Counted from the stretch's first letter, positions 1 through 13,016 are shown. The stretch is DNA of 64,000 bases from Phyllosticta citribraziliensis (GCF_038025025.1 NW_027117350.1:620001-684000); one strand, 5' to 3'. Made by a program: numbers and translations. Notes: generated from the sequence alone by a model not told the origin.

Positions 1-680
1 GTGCGCGCACTCTAGATCCTCAGTTTACCGCTCACCGCGGTGACCCATCTCGCCATGCCATGGACGACGAAGAGCCTCCTCAGGCAGCAGCCGGGGCAGT
101 GCGTCGGTTTCGCAGCGGTTGGAATCCTTCTCCGCCTTGGAGCCTGAGCTAATGTGTCTCTCGCCGGCCATTTGGCGTTGACAGCTTCAAGCCTCATGTT
201 CCAGTCATTGAATTTGCGTCATTGCATTCTTCTTTTCCTCTGCTTGGGGCCTTGCTGCCTCTGTTCCGTGGCCATGACTCCCCAGTTTGAACAATGCTCG
301 ACTTTCCTTCGCAGTCATCGCCAACTCTGCCTTGTCTTGGGGGCTTCCTTGGGGGCCGCTGCCCACGCTCGCACCTTGACACTGCCTCCGGCCTTCACAC
401 CTCAGGCAGCACTGCCAGAGGCCTCTCTACTGCTTGTTCATCCATATCCTCCTCCATATCTATAAATCCCCCAACCCAGCCCCCTCTGTCTAACCGTCAT
501 CATCACCAACACTCATCACTTTAACAATCCTACAAGCCTTCTACGCTTCTTCATATAAAAGTCCAACATCCTCACCCGCATCATCCTCAATTCCTCCCGC
601 AGCCACATCATCACTTTGACTGTACCTCACACAATCTGCCTCCCTCCAAGAACAAGCACTCTACAATCAAATCAACCAAC

Positions 681-890
681 ATGTCTGGCCAATACCTCAA
701 GAGCTCCAAGCCCGCCTACGGCCGCCAAACCATTTCCACAAACTACTCCGGCTCGACCATTGCCACGGCCTCTTCAACCATGAAGCCCACCAGGGGCTAC
801 GGCAGCAAACCCGTCACTGTGCACAACACTGGCGGCACCACCAGGGACCCCTCCACCAGCTCCGGCGCCAACAGCGGCTACTGGAAGTAA
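681..890 (+). CDS. Small (69 aa) Ser/Thr/Gly-rich hypothetical protein
   Basis: Strong fungal start context (AATCAACCAAC-ATG), C-ending codon bias, upstream TATA-like elements (TATAAA near 460 and 554), CA-rich leader and T-rich downstream region. Confidence 0.6.
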   Translation: MSGQYLKSSKPAYGRQTISTNYSGSTIATASSTMKPTRGYGSKPVTVHNTGGTTRDPSTSSGANSGYWK

Positions 891-1546
891 ACTCCTCCAT
901 CATCAAGTTTGGACGTCGTAGCTCCAAGACCACGCTGGGAACCAAGCCCACGTCAGCTATGGCGGCATCACGGCAGGATGAGAGAGCTCTTTCCTGACAC
1001 CATTCAGACCAAGGACTCGAGCATCTCCTGCCTTCCACGACCCGTGGATGTTTTTCCTATTTGTGCTAGGGAGTTAGAAGAGCAGGACCTCAGGGGTCAA
1101 GGATTTCAGTCATTTCTTTGACATGTATAGGTGACGGATGCATCATGGGCGGAGTTTTTTTATGCTTTCGTTCTCATCTGGTTGGGCGGCATGGATGGGG
1201 GCTCTCTCTTTGTATTCCCGCAGCTCTTTGCACTGCATTGCATCATCATCATCATCTCACTATCATGGCATGGGTTTGGTCGGATTGGACGGATTGGTTG
1301 GTTGGATGGGCGGATGGAACGCGACTTACGACTGGATCTGGCTCACTTGTTTCCACTCGCTTTCCTCTCTCATATCTTAGAGAGCTCATCATCGTCGTCG
1401 TCTTCGGACGACTTCAAATCACGAAAATCAATTTTCACACTTGCCGTCCCTCCACCATGAAGAGTCTGGATGCATCGATGTCTGGCCTTTGGGCATGATG
1501 TGCTCGGCTGGCTGCTGCGCGTTGCTTCTTCGCGTGACTTCCACCA

Positions 1547-1587
1547 CCGCCGCCGCCGCCGCTGCAGCCGCAGCCGCAGCCGCAGCC
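1547..1587. repeat. GCC / GCAGCC microsatellite
   Basis: (GCC)n followed by (GCAGCC)4; this explains the poly-Ala and CG-repeat spurious ORFs here. Confidence 0.8.
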
Positions 1588-2391
1588 CGGCGCCTCACCA
1601 CTCGCCCTTGGCTCAAAAACACTCACGAGTAGGACGCCTCCCTCCGCCTTGCCAGTTGTCCCCCCAAGCCACAACTCTTGTTCGTTTTCTCTACCCTCCT
1701 CTCCTCTCCTTCCACCACAGGCCCGCCCAGCCGCAATCCCGCCTCACGCGCCCAATCAGCGGGTCATGTTTGTCTTTTGTCTTTTCCCACTGCCCACGTA
1801 CCAGGAACCAGGTACCAGGGCCCTCTCTTCCTCTCGTAAAAGAACACATGAAGAGACACTTTCCGGGCGCCAGACGCCCACTCGACAGGGAAATAGACGA
1901 CCAATCAACCACATGACGGCGCTTCCTTTGCTGATTTTTTTTTTTTTTTTCTGCCTCGAGCTGCCTCGGCCACGGCTGCGGTCGGGCAGCAGCGAGAGCC
2001 ACTGCACTGCGTGAAGACTGCTCGAGGCTGCAGGTGTGGCGGGCGTGGCTGTGTGGCTGCGACTGCGTTGACAACACGTCGTCGGCGAACCGCAAAAAGC
2101 AAAGACTGGAAAGCGAACCCGAGTGCGGCAGCGCAAGTGGTTTTTGTTGTTTGTGTGTGCTGCGCTATGTCGTTGATGGAGAATTAAGGCCAAGTGAGTC
2201 GTGGCTAATTCTCATGTTGCTCTGGGATGCTCCTCTCAGCTCATCTTGTGTGCATAATTCATGAATGATACATTTTGTTGACTACAGAAACAAGGACGGT
2301 CGCTCCCCACCAATACATCCACCAATCTATCCGTCCATTTGCTTTCTAGCAAGCTTAGTTCGCTCGCCACGCTCGCACTTCTCCTCGCACA

Positions 2392-4665
2392 CTACGTCTT
2401 CCGCCTAACCAAGCCCTTCATGAAATCAAAGCTGTTCGAATCGCTCATCAACTCCCACACCTTCCCCGTAGGGCGGTCCTCCCACCCCAACTCCTCCGCA
2501 ACAAGCATGCCCCAATCGCGCGTGATGCCCTTGACGCGAGCGCGCGCGCCGCCCTCGGCCTCGAGCTCGACGACCTGCCCGCCGTGCAGCCAGGCCGCGT
2601 AGTACAGCGCCTCGAGACTATTGCCGCCGCCGTTGCCGCCGTAGCCGGCCCAGCCCTCGCGGCAGAAGCGCGCGTACAGCGCCTCGAAGACGGATAGGAT
2701 GCGCGCGAGCAGCTTCTCCGTGGCGAAAGGGGCCAGCCCGGCGGCGCGCGCCAGCGCGTTCAGCGACGTGGTGGGCGCCGCGTTGGCGACGTTGACGCCG
2801 ATGCCGGCGACCATCGTGTACTCGGAGCCCTGGAAGGACGAGTTGACCAGCACGCCGCCGATCTTGACGTAGTCTTTGGGCTTGGGCGTGGGTCGCGTTT
2901 CGGCTCCGGACCCAGGCGATGGGAAGCATGGTGACGCCGGGTCGAGGGCGTAGATGTCGTTGGGCCATTTGAGCCTGATGGGGAGTTTGCTGTAGGATGC
3001 GTTGGACGGCTCGTAGCTTTGCACTGCGTGAACCGTGGCGAGCGCGGCAAGGTATTGGACGAAGACGACGGGCGCCGTAGATGAGAGCGCGACGCTGTGT
3101 CGGAGCACCACACTGTACATGAGCGAGCCTGGCGGCGAGACCCAGACGTTGGAACCGCGCCCGCGACCGGCTACCTGAGTTGTGGCTGTGGCGGTGAAGC
3201 CAGTCGGGAGGTGCTTGAGAAGTTTGGGGTTTCTGCCTTCAGTCAGTACAAGCCAGCTCAAGGGATCGGGTCAGGCAAGCTACTTTTCGAGGATCGTGTT
3301 GGTGCTGGTGACGACTTCACCGTAAAGGAGATACTTGCCGAATGCGGCGTCTGGATTCTTATCGATGCGATTGTAGTTCTCGAGGTTGGCGAAAAATGCA
3401 TGGTGGTTCCAATACGGCGTTTCTTTGGTAGATGGGAGTTCCGTTTCGTGGGCGACGAGCCGCTTGACGACCTTGTCATAGTCGAGGATTCTGTCGGCAT
3501 CGGTAGACTCTTCATCAGTCTTGCTCTCATCACCTGAGCCGGGGAGGATGGATGTGACGGCTTTGGCCAGCGAGCTCATGGACCACTGAGATGGCTTTTC
3601 AAGGTGGAACGTATCATTTTCCCCCTTGATGTGCTCCTCGCCGTCCTCAAGCGTGATTATATCGTTCCATGACGACACAATCTCGGCCACATCTGATGCT
3701 TTGGAGGATGATAGATGCAGGCGGGAAAGGGACGGTACCGCTTGTGGTTCTTGATTGACTTTCAAGCCTAGCTTTGTCAAGCAAGCCTTGAGAAAGTCCA
3801 CCCTCTGCTTGTCGTCTTGCGCCAGGGGTTCAATGACTTTTTTGACGTATTCAGGGACGTCCTCCCCCTTGCTCAAATTTGCGGCAGCGAATCTGTGACG
3901 TTAGAGCACAATCTTGCTTGAATGGTTTAGACTTACTCTGGATGGGGTCCAGTGAGAATCACATTTCCATCACCGATCTTGCGATACACAACTGCTGCTT
4001 TGCCCTCTCCAGAGTCAACGTGTAAGTCATCCGTGTAGCTAGCAAGAATCTCAACGCCGCGGTCCTTGAAGTTTTCAGCGTCAACAAACACGCCACCACC
4101 ATTGTAGTAGGATCGAAAAGACTCGGGCACAGCACCTCCCGCACTCAAGGCATCCTTATTCACCTTCAACTCGGCAGCTCTGGCGCCAGCCTCGCTATGG
4201 TAGACGAAACCGGGAAAGGCGAGTCCGCGACAGATGCCAGGGAAGAATCCAAGTTCGCGATCACCAACGACTTCCATTCCCTTGTGACCAACCTCGAATT
4301 CACACTTGCTGCAACCGTAGTACCCACCGGCGCAGAAGCCGATAAAGTTGCCGCCGCGGTTGACGTACTGGCTGATTCGGCGGTTGCCCTCTCCGTCCAG
4401 AGTGCGACAGTAGGCAAGGTCCGCGCCGCCAGGCATGACTAGCAGAGCGCACGAGGCGGTCCAAGGCTCCTTGACGATGGCAGATCCATCGACCGGAATG
4501 ACGGCATAGTTGGGGGAGAGGAGCCGGCGGAGAGTCCACGTGCAGTGGCGGACAGACTCAATAGTACTGCCATTGCCTGGTCAAAATTGAGCTGGGTGTA
4601 CTCGATAGACCTGTAGACTAGTACTCACCGGAGTAAACGAGCACATTTGTACGTTTGCTCGCCAT
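2392..4665 (-). CDS. BPL1: Biotin-protein ligase (holocarboxylase synthetase); exons 4665-4629, 4576-3937, 3892-3284, 3232-2392
   Basis: The spliced N-terminus MASKRTNVLVYSGNGSTIESVRHC...PGGADLAYC matches the BPL_N domain. Catalytic motifs STNT, QVAGRGRGSNVW, KWPND and KIGG are present. Three GT-AG introns restore the frame. Confidence 0.95.
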
Positions 4666-4798
4666 GGTGCGTGACCGACGAGAAGCAGACGACGTTGGTG
4701 GCGACAGAAACGGCTCCGAACCTCAACCGAAACCCGCGTCGACGAAGCAGGACAACGACGGGAAAGCAAACAACAGACTCGAGCAACACGTTGCAGAA

Positions 4799-5250
4799 AT
4801 GTCCAACGAGGAAAAGAGACAGGAAGCTGCGTCGCAAGTCGACGACGATGACGAGCCCGATGACTGGTGCGTGCCAACCGATCAATTCCTCTCCGCGGCC
4901 GCCGCGTTGCTCGCTCACGGTCCCCGAGCTCTTGATGACACTGACTTGGCCCCTACAGGGACAAACGAATCTTTTCCACGGGCTGCTCGGTCGAGAATGC
5001 AAAGATGACCGACTGCTACTACGACAAGAAGGACTGGCGAGCCTGCAAGAACGAGGTGCGCGGGGTGCGGGTTGTTGGGGCTGCAGCTTTTCCGGCTTCA
5101 ATCGCTTGCGGTTTTCGGGGAGCTGTGGTTCCTGCTTACCAAAGCATCAACCACGACGTCTTTAGCTAACTCGGTCAACAGATGGAGGCCTTTAGGGAAT
5201 GTTGGAAGCGGCATGGCAATGAGCAGAGGACCTCATCAAAGGATACTTAG
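4799..5250 (+). CDS. COA4: Cytochrome c oxidase assembly factor 4 (twin CX9C); exons 4799-4866, 4959-5055, 5182-5250
   Basis: Spliced product MSNEEKRQEAASQVDDDDEPDDWDKRIFSTGCSVENAKMTDCYYDKKDWRACKNEMEAFRECWKRHGNEQRTSSKDT has a twin CX9C and the DEPDxWDxRI...GC motif typical of Coa4. Both introns are canonical with CTGAC/CTAAC branch points. Not present in the ORF track. Confidence 0.92.
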
Positions 5251-5385
5251 AGATTCCAAATGCAAAACCTCTTTTCAATCCAGAGGATGGATTTCTATTG
5301 CTCTAATACTGGTCCGCTTTGAAAAGATTCAGAATGAAAGCGGGTACCTCACATCAGGCCACCATGCAGGTGCTCTGAATAAATC

Positions 5386-6650
5386 TCAATAACCGCCTCC
5401 TCCAAACCTCTGCTTCGCCAGCGTCTGGAGCATCTCCATAGTCTGATCCTCCTGAGACCGATACTCCGCAATCCTCTCCTCCCTCTCCGCAGCCTTGGCC
5501 CTCATAATCTCCTCTCGTCTCAGCTCCCTCTCGCTCTTACGGCGCTCTTCCTCCCTCTTCCGTGCCTTCAACGTATCCACGTCATCGCCCATGAGGTCCG
5601 ACTCGCGAATTTCTTCAGCACCGGGCGACTTGGCCTCGCGGAACGACCGCACCGCCGCCGTCTTGTCCATCTTCTTCTCAAGCTGCCGCTCGCGGCTTCC
5701 GGGGTCTGCGCGCGGGACGAGCTCTTCGAGACGCTCTTTCTGCTGCGCGCGGTCTGCTTTGCGCTGGGCGCGGAGTGCTTCGATGCGGGCTTCTTGCTCT
5801 TCTTCTCGCGATTCTAGGTCCCAGTTGTCAGCCTCAACGCTCTTAAATCCGTATATATGATGTTGGCCTACCTTTCTGCATCTCCAAATCATCCAGCCGT
5901 GGCACAGTAGGACCCACCCTGCTGGCTCGTGTGCTCACCTGTCCAGGCAAAGCAGCAGGTCCATATTCATCTTCGCTGTCCTCCTCATCCATGTCGTAAT
6001 CCTGACCATGTGAAGAGACCGCGGCGGCAGCGGCCGCTCGACCCGCGCCATAATCAGGCGAAGCTCTGCGCGCCTGGTCCGACGAGCGCGTCGCAGCGCC
6101 GTGATCCGCAGCCTCCTCGGCAATAGGTGATGAATCAATCGCCTTTTGCAGCGTATTCGTGTCATACCAGCCTTCTGCCAGCTCGCCGCGATTCCTTCCA
6201 GCGTCAGCCGTCGTCCCGACACGCCGAGCGGCATTACATGCGCGGTCGAGGTGTTTGCACTCACCACTTGCCCACGAAGCTCTTCCAGCGCCCCTTTATC
6301 TCCGCCTCGTCCATGTCCTCGAGTATTTTTTGTTTCTGAATGTCTAGGTATAGCGCGAACATGGGCCTGTAGGCGGCGTAGTCGTGCTTTGATAGTTTTC
6401 GCGCGTTGAGCGGGAGAGAAACAGGCTTGGACGGCGCGACGCCGCTGGGGTTGCCATGTCTTCCATGGCTGTCGCGGGACGACTTTTCGATGCGACTGGC
6501 ATGGTGGGAGCGGTGGTGGTGACGGCGATGGGGAGAGCGAGAGCGCGAGCGGTCGCGACGATGTCGGTGGTGCGAAGACGCGTGCGGGGAGCGCGAACGC
6601 GATCGGTGTGTATGGTGTCGCGAAGCATGTGCCGAGCTATGGGACGGCAT
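5386..6650 (-). CDS. Conserved His/Arg/Ser-rich nuclear protein (SCI1-like, probably RNA-processing associated); exons 6650-6265, 6194-5872, 5813-5386
   Basis: RS/H-rich N-terminus, a core ALYLDIQKQK...RWKSFVGKWNRGELAEGWYD across intron 1, and a charged coiled-coil C-terminus. Splice sites restore the frame. Confidence 0.75.
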
Positions 6651-7158
6651 CTTGGCCGTGAGTTGCAACAAAGTTGGATGCAAGGAGCTTGGACACAGGT
6701 GGTGGATACTCAGGGCGTGAAGGCATCCTGAAGAAGCTTGGCGCTGACGGAACTAACAATTTTGTGGTGCAAAAAATGCACAACTCCTTCCTTCAGTCAA
6801 GGCTCAAAATCGGCTTGCTTCATGTAGAGTGTACCTTGCAGACACCAGTGTACTACTTCGGCTTTCACTCTGTCCCACATCGACCGTGCTGTAGTGTAAC
6901 TTTTGGACCGTCAAGCAGCTGACGTCATAGGCTAGTCTGGAAGTCCGCGTATTGTACGTCTTGTCCACTTCGTTTCCAGAGCAGGGGGAAAGTTTAACAT
7001 TGGTCCACACCAGCGGCAACCTGCGCTGACGAGACATGCTTCAAATGTACAGGAAAGTGGGAGTCGGCGTCAAGAAGTGAACAAAACCAGTCGTCAGGCA
7101 TCAAGCGTTTTAACCACGAGAAGAAAATCATCACTACCACCAGATGCCGCTATCCACC

Positions 7159-8084
7159 TCAGTTCCATGCCTGTCCATCAATCTTTCCTTGCCTTTACAT
7201 TGTTAGATGAGAACCCCGGCCAGAGGACTGTCAAGACTTACCAGAGCGCACAGTCCACCCTCTCAGCGAAGCCAATTCCGAGACCAATGCTGCTGCCGCT
7301 ACCAAACATGGCGTCTTGAGCTCCAGAGTCCGAGCAGAGGTCGAAGTTAGCGTTGGCTCCGTACTGGTTCGTAGACTTGAGGTCGGGCATGGCGCAAATT
7401 GGGTTTCCACCCGGTGGGCAAAGGTTGTCGACGACGACAGTAATGGTCTTGGGACCACCAGGGAGCGGGTTCTTTGAGCTGTCCTGCTCGGCGGTGACGT
7501 TCCAACAGTTGCCGCAGGCTGGTCCAGTACCCTGTCCAGCACCAGCACCGTAAATGTTCTGGGAGGCGGCGGCAGAAAATCCAGACTGTGATCATTAGTT
7601 TAGTTTGAAGTGCTGGAGAACTTGTGATACTCACGCTGGCAAAGATTCCGCAGGCCTGCTTCTTAACACAATTGCCGGAGCCATTCTGGTCCTTGGAACC
7701 GTATACCGTCATGGTGACCTTGATGCGTCCCAAATCGGAGCCTGGTCCCTCATTCTTCCCCTTCGTTCCCTTTGGTCCTGGACCTCCTCCTCCGCCGCCA
7801 CCTTGCCCTCCTCCTCCGCCGCCGCCGCCGCCGCCTCGGACTCCGCCACCGCCTCCGCCTCCTTGGTTTCCACCACCTTGAGGGGGAGGTTGCTGCTGTG
7901 GGGGCGGCTTCTGCTCGGGCGGGGGTTGCTTGTTTTGAGGCCTGGATCGAACAACTCCACCTTCATTGTCTTTTACTCGCACAACAGGACGGCGATCACC
8001 GCCGCCGGGCTGCTCGTAGCATTGAGCGCTGACGTAGCCCAGGAGGGCGAGGATGAGCACAAAGACTGCTCTGCTCAAAATCAT
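7159..8084 (-). CDS. Secreted GH45 subfamily C (PcCel45A-like) endoglucanase with N-terminal Pro/Gln- and Gly-rich region; exons 8084-7635, 7585-7242, 7192-7159
   Basis: Signal peptide MILSRAVFVLILALLGYVSA. The spliced domain ACGIFASSGFSAAASQ...GPACGNCW...VVVDNLCPPGGNPIC...NQYGANANFDLCSDSG...VDCALWQGKIDGQAWN resembles PcCel45A. Confidence 0.8.
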
Positions 8085-11000
8085 GTTGAAGGAATGTAGA
8101 AAGGAATGACGGTATAAAGGATTGACTTGCGATGTTCAACACCAGGCTTTGAGGTAAAAGAGAGAGAGTTGACAGATACTATATATGCTGCGCAAATTGT
8201 CGGCTAACGGCCTGAAAGATGTGGCTTCCAAAGCCTTTAGAAATACCCGCTCTTGCGCACTCTGACATAAGTGGAATCATCCAGCAGCCAACCAGCTGCG
8301 CACAGCTGAGTAGGCAAAAGGCCGCGCGACTCTGTCATGCAGATTAACATCCTAACTCTCTCCTAGGCGCCCTGCACTGCAATAATTTCCTCGATTGTGG
8401 AGGCGGGTTCCAAATGCAAGGTTTCCCTGCGTCGTGAACTCACTGCCGTCAGGAGGGGCAGCACCAACGTCACTTCGGCGTTTCGACCGCCTTCCTACTT
8501 TGCGAGCGCCAGATCATTGTGAATGCTACCATATTCCTTTTTCACAGGCGGAGAAGTGCGCACGTGGTCCGCTCAGGTCGTCCCCCGCAATTCGGCTTGC
8601 GACGCTGTCAAGCGCGATTGAAGAATCAATCGAGTTAGGGAAGGGATTCTGCCAGGTACGCCGGCCGCCTTTCTGCTGTGGCTACCAGCACCCAATCAGC
8701 TGGAATCGCACCAAAGAAGGTTATATTCCACATCTGTTTAGCCGCAGGAACAGCCTCATTCATTGGAGCAGCCATCCAGACCCTTCTCCACCTGGTCGCT
8801 GGTGGTGGCTGCTTAAGCCTCAGAGGTGCGTTTCAAGTGGCGCTATACTCTATGAGCCGTTTACCGTGGGTACGTCGCTATCGTCGGGATTTGGGGGTCA
8901 AGTGTACGGCGTTGAAACATTTTCGGTGTTTTCATCCAAAAGAAGTAGTCTGGAGCGACAATCGACTGCTCTACGTGTTTGAGTGTCGTGCTATCTTGCC
9001 CGTTCTCGTACGAATTACCAGCTGTTTGTAGCATCGTGCTAAGTGACAGTCGCGGAGTCCATTGTGACTGTCATAAGCTTTCCTCGGGGACATTAGCCGA
9101 AAGGCGTTGTGTTAGCGACGGTGAGGTTGCATCTGTATAGGGCGAGTTGCCCTTTATCTGCTAGGTAATGCCTATACCATTTCTTCGGCAACAGACTTGG
9201 CTGGACTGACATTGGCACAATGCACCTGATCGACTTCGGTTCCGACAGAGTTGAAAAGAAGACGACAGGAGCTATTCGGTGGCATCGGGTAACGATACCC
9301 CAAAGTCGCTCTCGAGCCGAGCAAAAGAAACACGACAGAGGATCGGTAAGTCAAAGGCTGGTGAACGTAAACATCCCGGAAATTCATGCTGCCGTATTGG
9401 TGTCGTGATGTTTTGAAAAACGAGTTGGAAAACGTTTCGTCCCCGAAGTCGAGGTGTGAGCTGCTCCGTAGTTGCTATTGGCAGACCTGTCTACATTGAA
9501 TCTTGTTTGCTGATTTGGTGACTTGGGCGCAGGATCTGAAGCTTGAAATACCCCGCGACCACATGAAAGGCGGCTTTGCCTTTGTAACACCACAATGCTG
9601 TGGGAGCACCGATCGCGCACGTCGGATCGTGCGGTAACATCAGTAAATGTTTTGCCTAGTCTCCCAGTCCCTACGAAGAACTCGTGGCCCTCGACTCGCA
9701 AGTTTCGGCATCTCATCGAAAAATTGCTGCTGGGCATGGTGAAAATGCAACCCAGGTGTGGAGGCCACAACGTCAGCATGTGGGACCACGGCTAACCTTT
9801 CCGATTCTTGGCCTCGTAACAAGGCTCGTCCTATTCAAAGACTGACCAAAAGTTTTGGTCGCTCATGCGCATGGGACGTACCCATTCTGGCGAGCATACT
9901 GAGTTGATCTCAAACAGTAGATCATATGAGGGTAGGGAACATTCGTGATTAGGAATAAGGTAGAGACTCCGTTGCAGGATTCTTGAATGTCGTATCACGT
10001 CCCGACGAAGCCGGCGTCCATCGGACAGAAAGAAGCTTTTAGCGCTGGCGTTGTTATTGACTGAGAGGGGTATTTGCTCGACCGACTGAAAACAAGAGAG
10101 AAGGCTGCTCAGGGGCACTCATTCGGGGATTTGAATATGGATCGTCAGTGTCGAAAGTCGGTCACTGTCCAAAGACGCGCATGATGGCGACGTGTGGAAG
10201 ATGCTTCGCGTTGACGTTTGTCACCACAACGAAATGTTCCAACGGCGGTGGAGATGGAGGTCCGTGATCGATCCCGCCGACACGAGCCTCTAAGTGCCCA
10301 TTCAGCGCGGGGTATGCACGAACGGTCTCCCGTCTTCAGATTTGTGGCCTGAAAAATGTGATTTTCAACTCACAAATCCTGAATTTGCCAGCAAACCACG
10401 ACTTTGTCTGCTTGGCTTGGCACGATGAGGCCTGACCTTCGACGTTGTTTCGATGCACCATCTGAAACACAGATTCCCAGCATGCAGACATGGAACGCGC
10501 CAGAAGCACGTTTTGCGCTTCTTTGTCTAGCTTACTCGCGAGTCTTTCGCCAATCAGCGATGTCGATCACGATATGGAGAGGGCCAATCAGATTGCTTAG
10601 ACTCGGAGCTAGCTGGACCATCAGTTGAGAGTTCGCACCAGGCGAATTGGGGAGGTGTTGCATCGTCGGTGCGAAAAGCCAGTGCAAAACAGCGGACAAA
10701 TTCGTAGATCGAGACGACGTCGTCAAGACTCTCCTATTCGGCAGTTGAATTTCTCGGGGTTAATGCAGCAATACTACCGGTGTCCCATCATCTCCATCAG
10801 GGGCACAGGGGTTGTGTGGCGGTAGTGCTCGGCATCCAGATAGCGAGAGACAAGAATGAGGAATGGATGGCCAAGCGAGGTTGACACCCCTTGATGCATG
10901 CCGTTTTGTCAGCTCCAACAAGCGAAATGCTTGGTTGAAATTTCTTTCAAACAATGAAGAGACCAAACGAACACGCGAAGAAACACCCGGTCAGAGTTGA

Positions 11001-13016
11001 CCTCGTGTGACAGCCTGGGCAATTGTGCATCTTTGGGGACCAAATTCCAGGCCGCGACACGGGGTGCTTTGCAGATGGTTTGCCCGAGGCTTGTAAGAGG
11101 AGCTCTTGCTGACTGTGACAGTTGTCGTCAATCAAGAAAGCACACCAGACGGGGTATCGAACAGTCCAGGCGTATTGCAAGGTGGCGGCATGGGAGCGGC
11201 GCCATAACCTTGATATCAGCGTACCATGTGGCTTGCTCGAGCCGAGCGGCTTTGCCCAAAGGGTGACGCAGGCACGGCAGCAAAGGTTTCTCAAACTCGC
11301 AGCCCAAGCAGAGCCAAATGTTTGAGCTTGGTAGGCGTGAATTCCACGAAGCAGAATTAGAAACAAAGGGGAACTTCGAGAAACAATCCGAGGAGCTGAA
11401 AAGGTGCTGGACTCGACTCGGAATGGCGACCAGTCCAGTCCAGTCCAGGTCCATCAATGCCGGGCTTGCCAAGCTACGGACATGGCTTGTTGGGCTGTTC
11501 GGAGTAGGCAATTTGAGCATCCAGCGGTACGGCAAGCCTCGAGCCGTTGTGAGCTTGAATTAAGCCGGAGCTTTCCAGCCCACTTGTGACGTAAGGCAGG
11601 ACAGAGGCGTTGGAAAGTGAGCACGATTGAGTGTGCAGTGGACTCGGGTCTCTCTGATTTGATTGGACTCGGTACAGGCCGGATGAGACGTGACCAGTCG
11701 GTGTCATGTCGCTTGGCCAGAACCCGGGAAATGGTGAAATGTGGACGCGGTTGAAAGAAGCTCGAGACCTGTTCAGGACGTCGAGACGTGGCACAGTGTC
11801 TCAGATGAAGCCACGTGATGTATCAATCACAGGTATGGCTCCAAATGCACATCTTGCCATGACAGAAACTGTCAAGTCGCTTGCTGAAGCCGTCGCTCGC
11901 CCTGTTGTTTCTGCAGGAGCGGTGGCGGAGTAGGCCAGAACGAGTCCGGTGATGGCAGCGTTTCGCCGACGATGTTGAGAATTCTGGGCGCATAGCAAAG
12001 GCGAATGCAGGCCAGAAAGGGATACCCAGAAGAGGTCGACGGGGGGAGTGAGGAAAGGATAGGAAGCTGTCGGGCCCGGAGCACGGGAGAAGGTCAAGGG
12101 CGCACCGGACGCACCGAAGCGAGCTGAGTCAGCGCCACACCACACCACACCACACCACGACAGGCGTTGCGCTGCGTGGACGTGGACCATCAAACTGTCA
12201 TCAACACCACGACCCGCCTGTGCCCAGACCGGCATCCGCTTGGCTGCCAGCGCGCCGTTTTCCCCTTGGCTTGGTCAGAACAGGAAAAGACAGGACAGTT
12301 CGGCCGCCGTGGGCCCGCGGCCAACTCAATCGACGCCCCGGCAACTGGCGCATCCTAGTGAGCCGGGAAGCCCAGGAGCGTGCTAAACGTGCCATGTCGC
12401 TGCTGTAACGACGAGCCATGGTGCGCCCCTCCTGTCGGTCGATCTCCCGGTCTGTGGCAAGGACCGTCTCGCCAGCTCCGTCCTCGACTTGGTATGTTTT
12501 TGACGAGCATTCTTCGCATTCCCCCGCGGCATGCCATTCCTGGGTCAATTTCACCATTGTCCCGTCGCTGGACCTGGACGGACGGACGCAGACGATGGCT
12601 CTAGCCCTGCCGAGGAACGCATCATTGAATGGTGTGCCTCAAGCTCAAAACGTTAATGACCCAAATCGCCCGCCGGCCGCCTGTATCTGATGCATTGCTG
12701 GGAATCCGTGCCTGCACCACCAATTAGAGCTGACTGCTGGCTGCCCTTTATTCGCACGCCCGCGGCGCCCTCCAGTCCCCTTTTTGCCCTCTCCAACTGC
12801 TGCATTTTCGCGACCAGGGGGACGCCAGTAATTTTTGTGCCCTGATCCGGCAACCCTGAGGTCGGTTGTTATCACTGTCGCCGTCGAGCCACCCGAGCAA
12901 ATCCAAGCCTGCGCATCCCTTCATGAATCAATCTCCTCCTTGCTTCTGCACGTTCTTGTCTCTCGTCCCGCTCCATAACACCTCACCCTCTCTCGATTAA
13001 AGCCTGTTGCTCCCAG

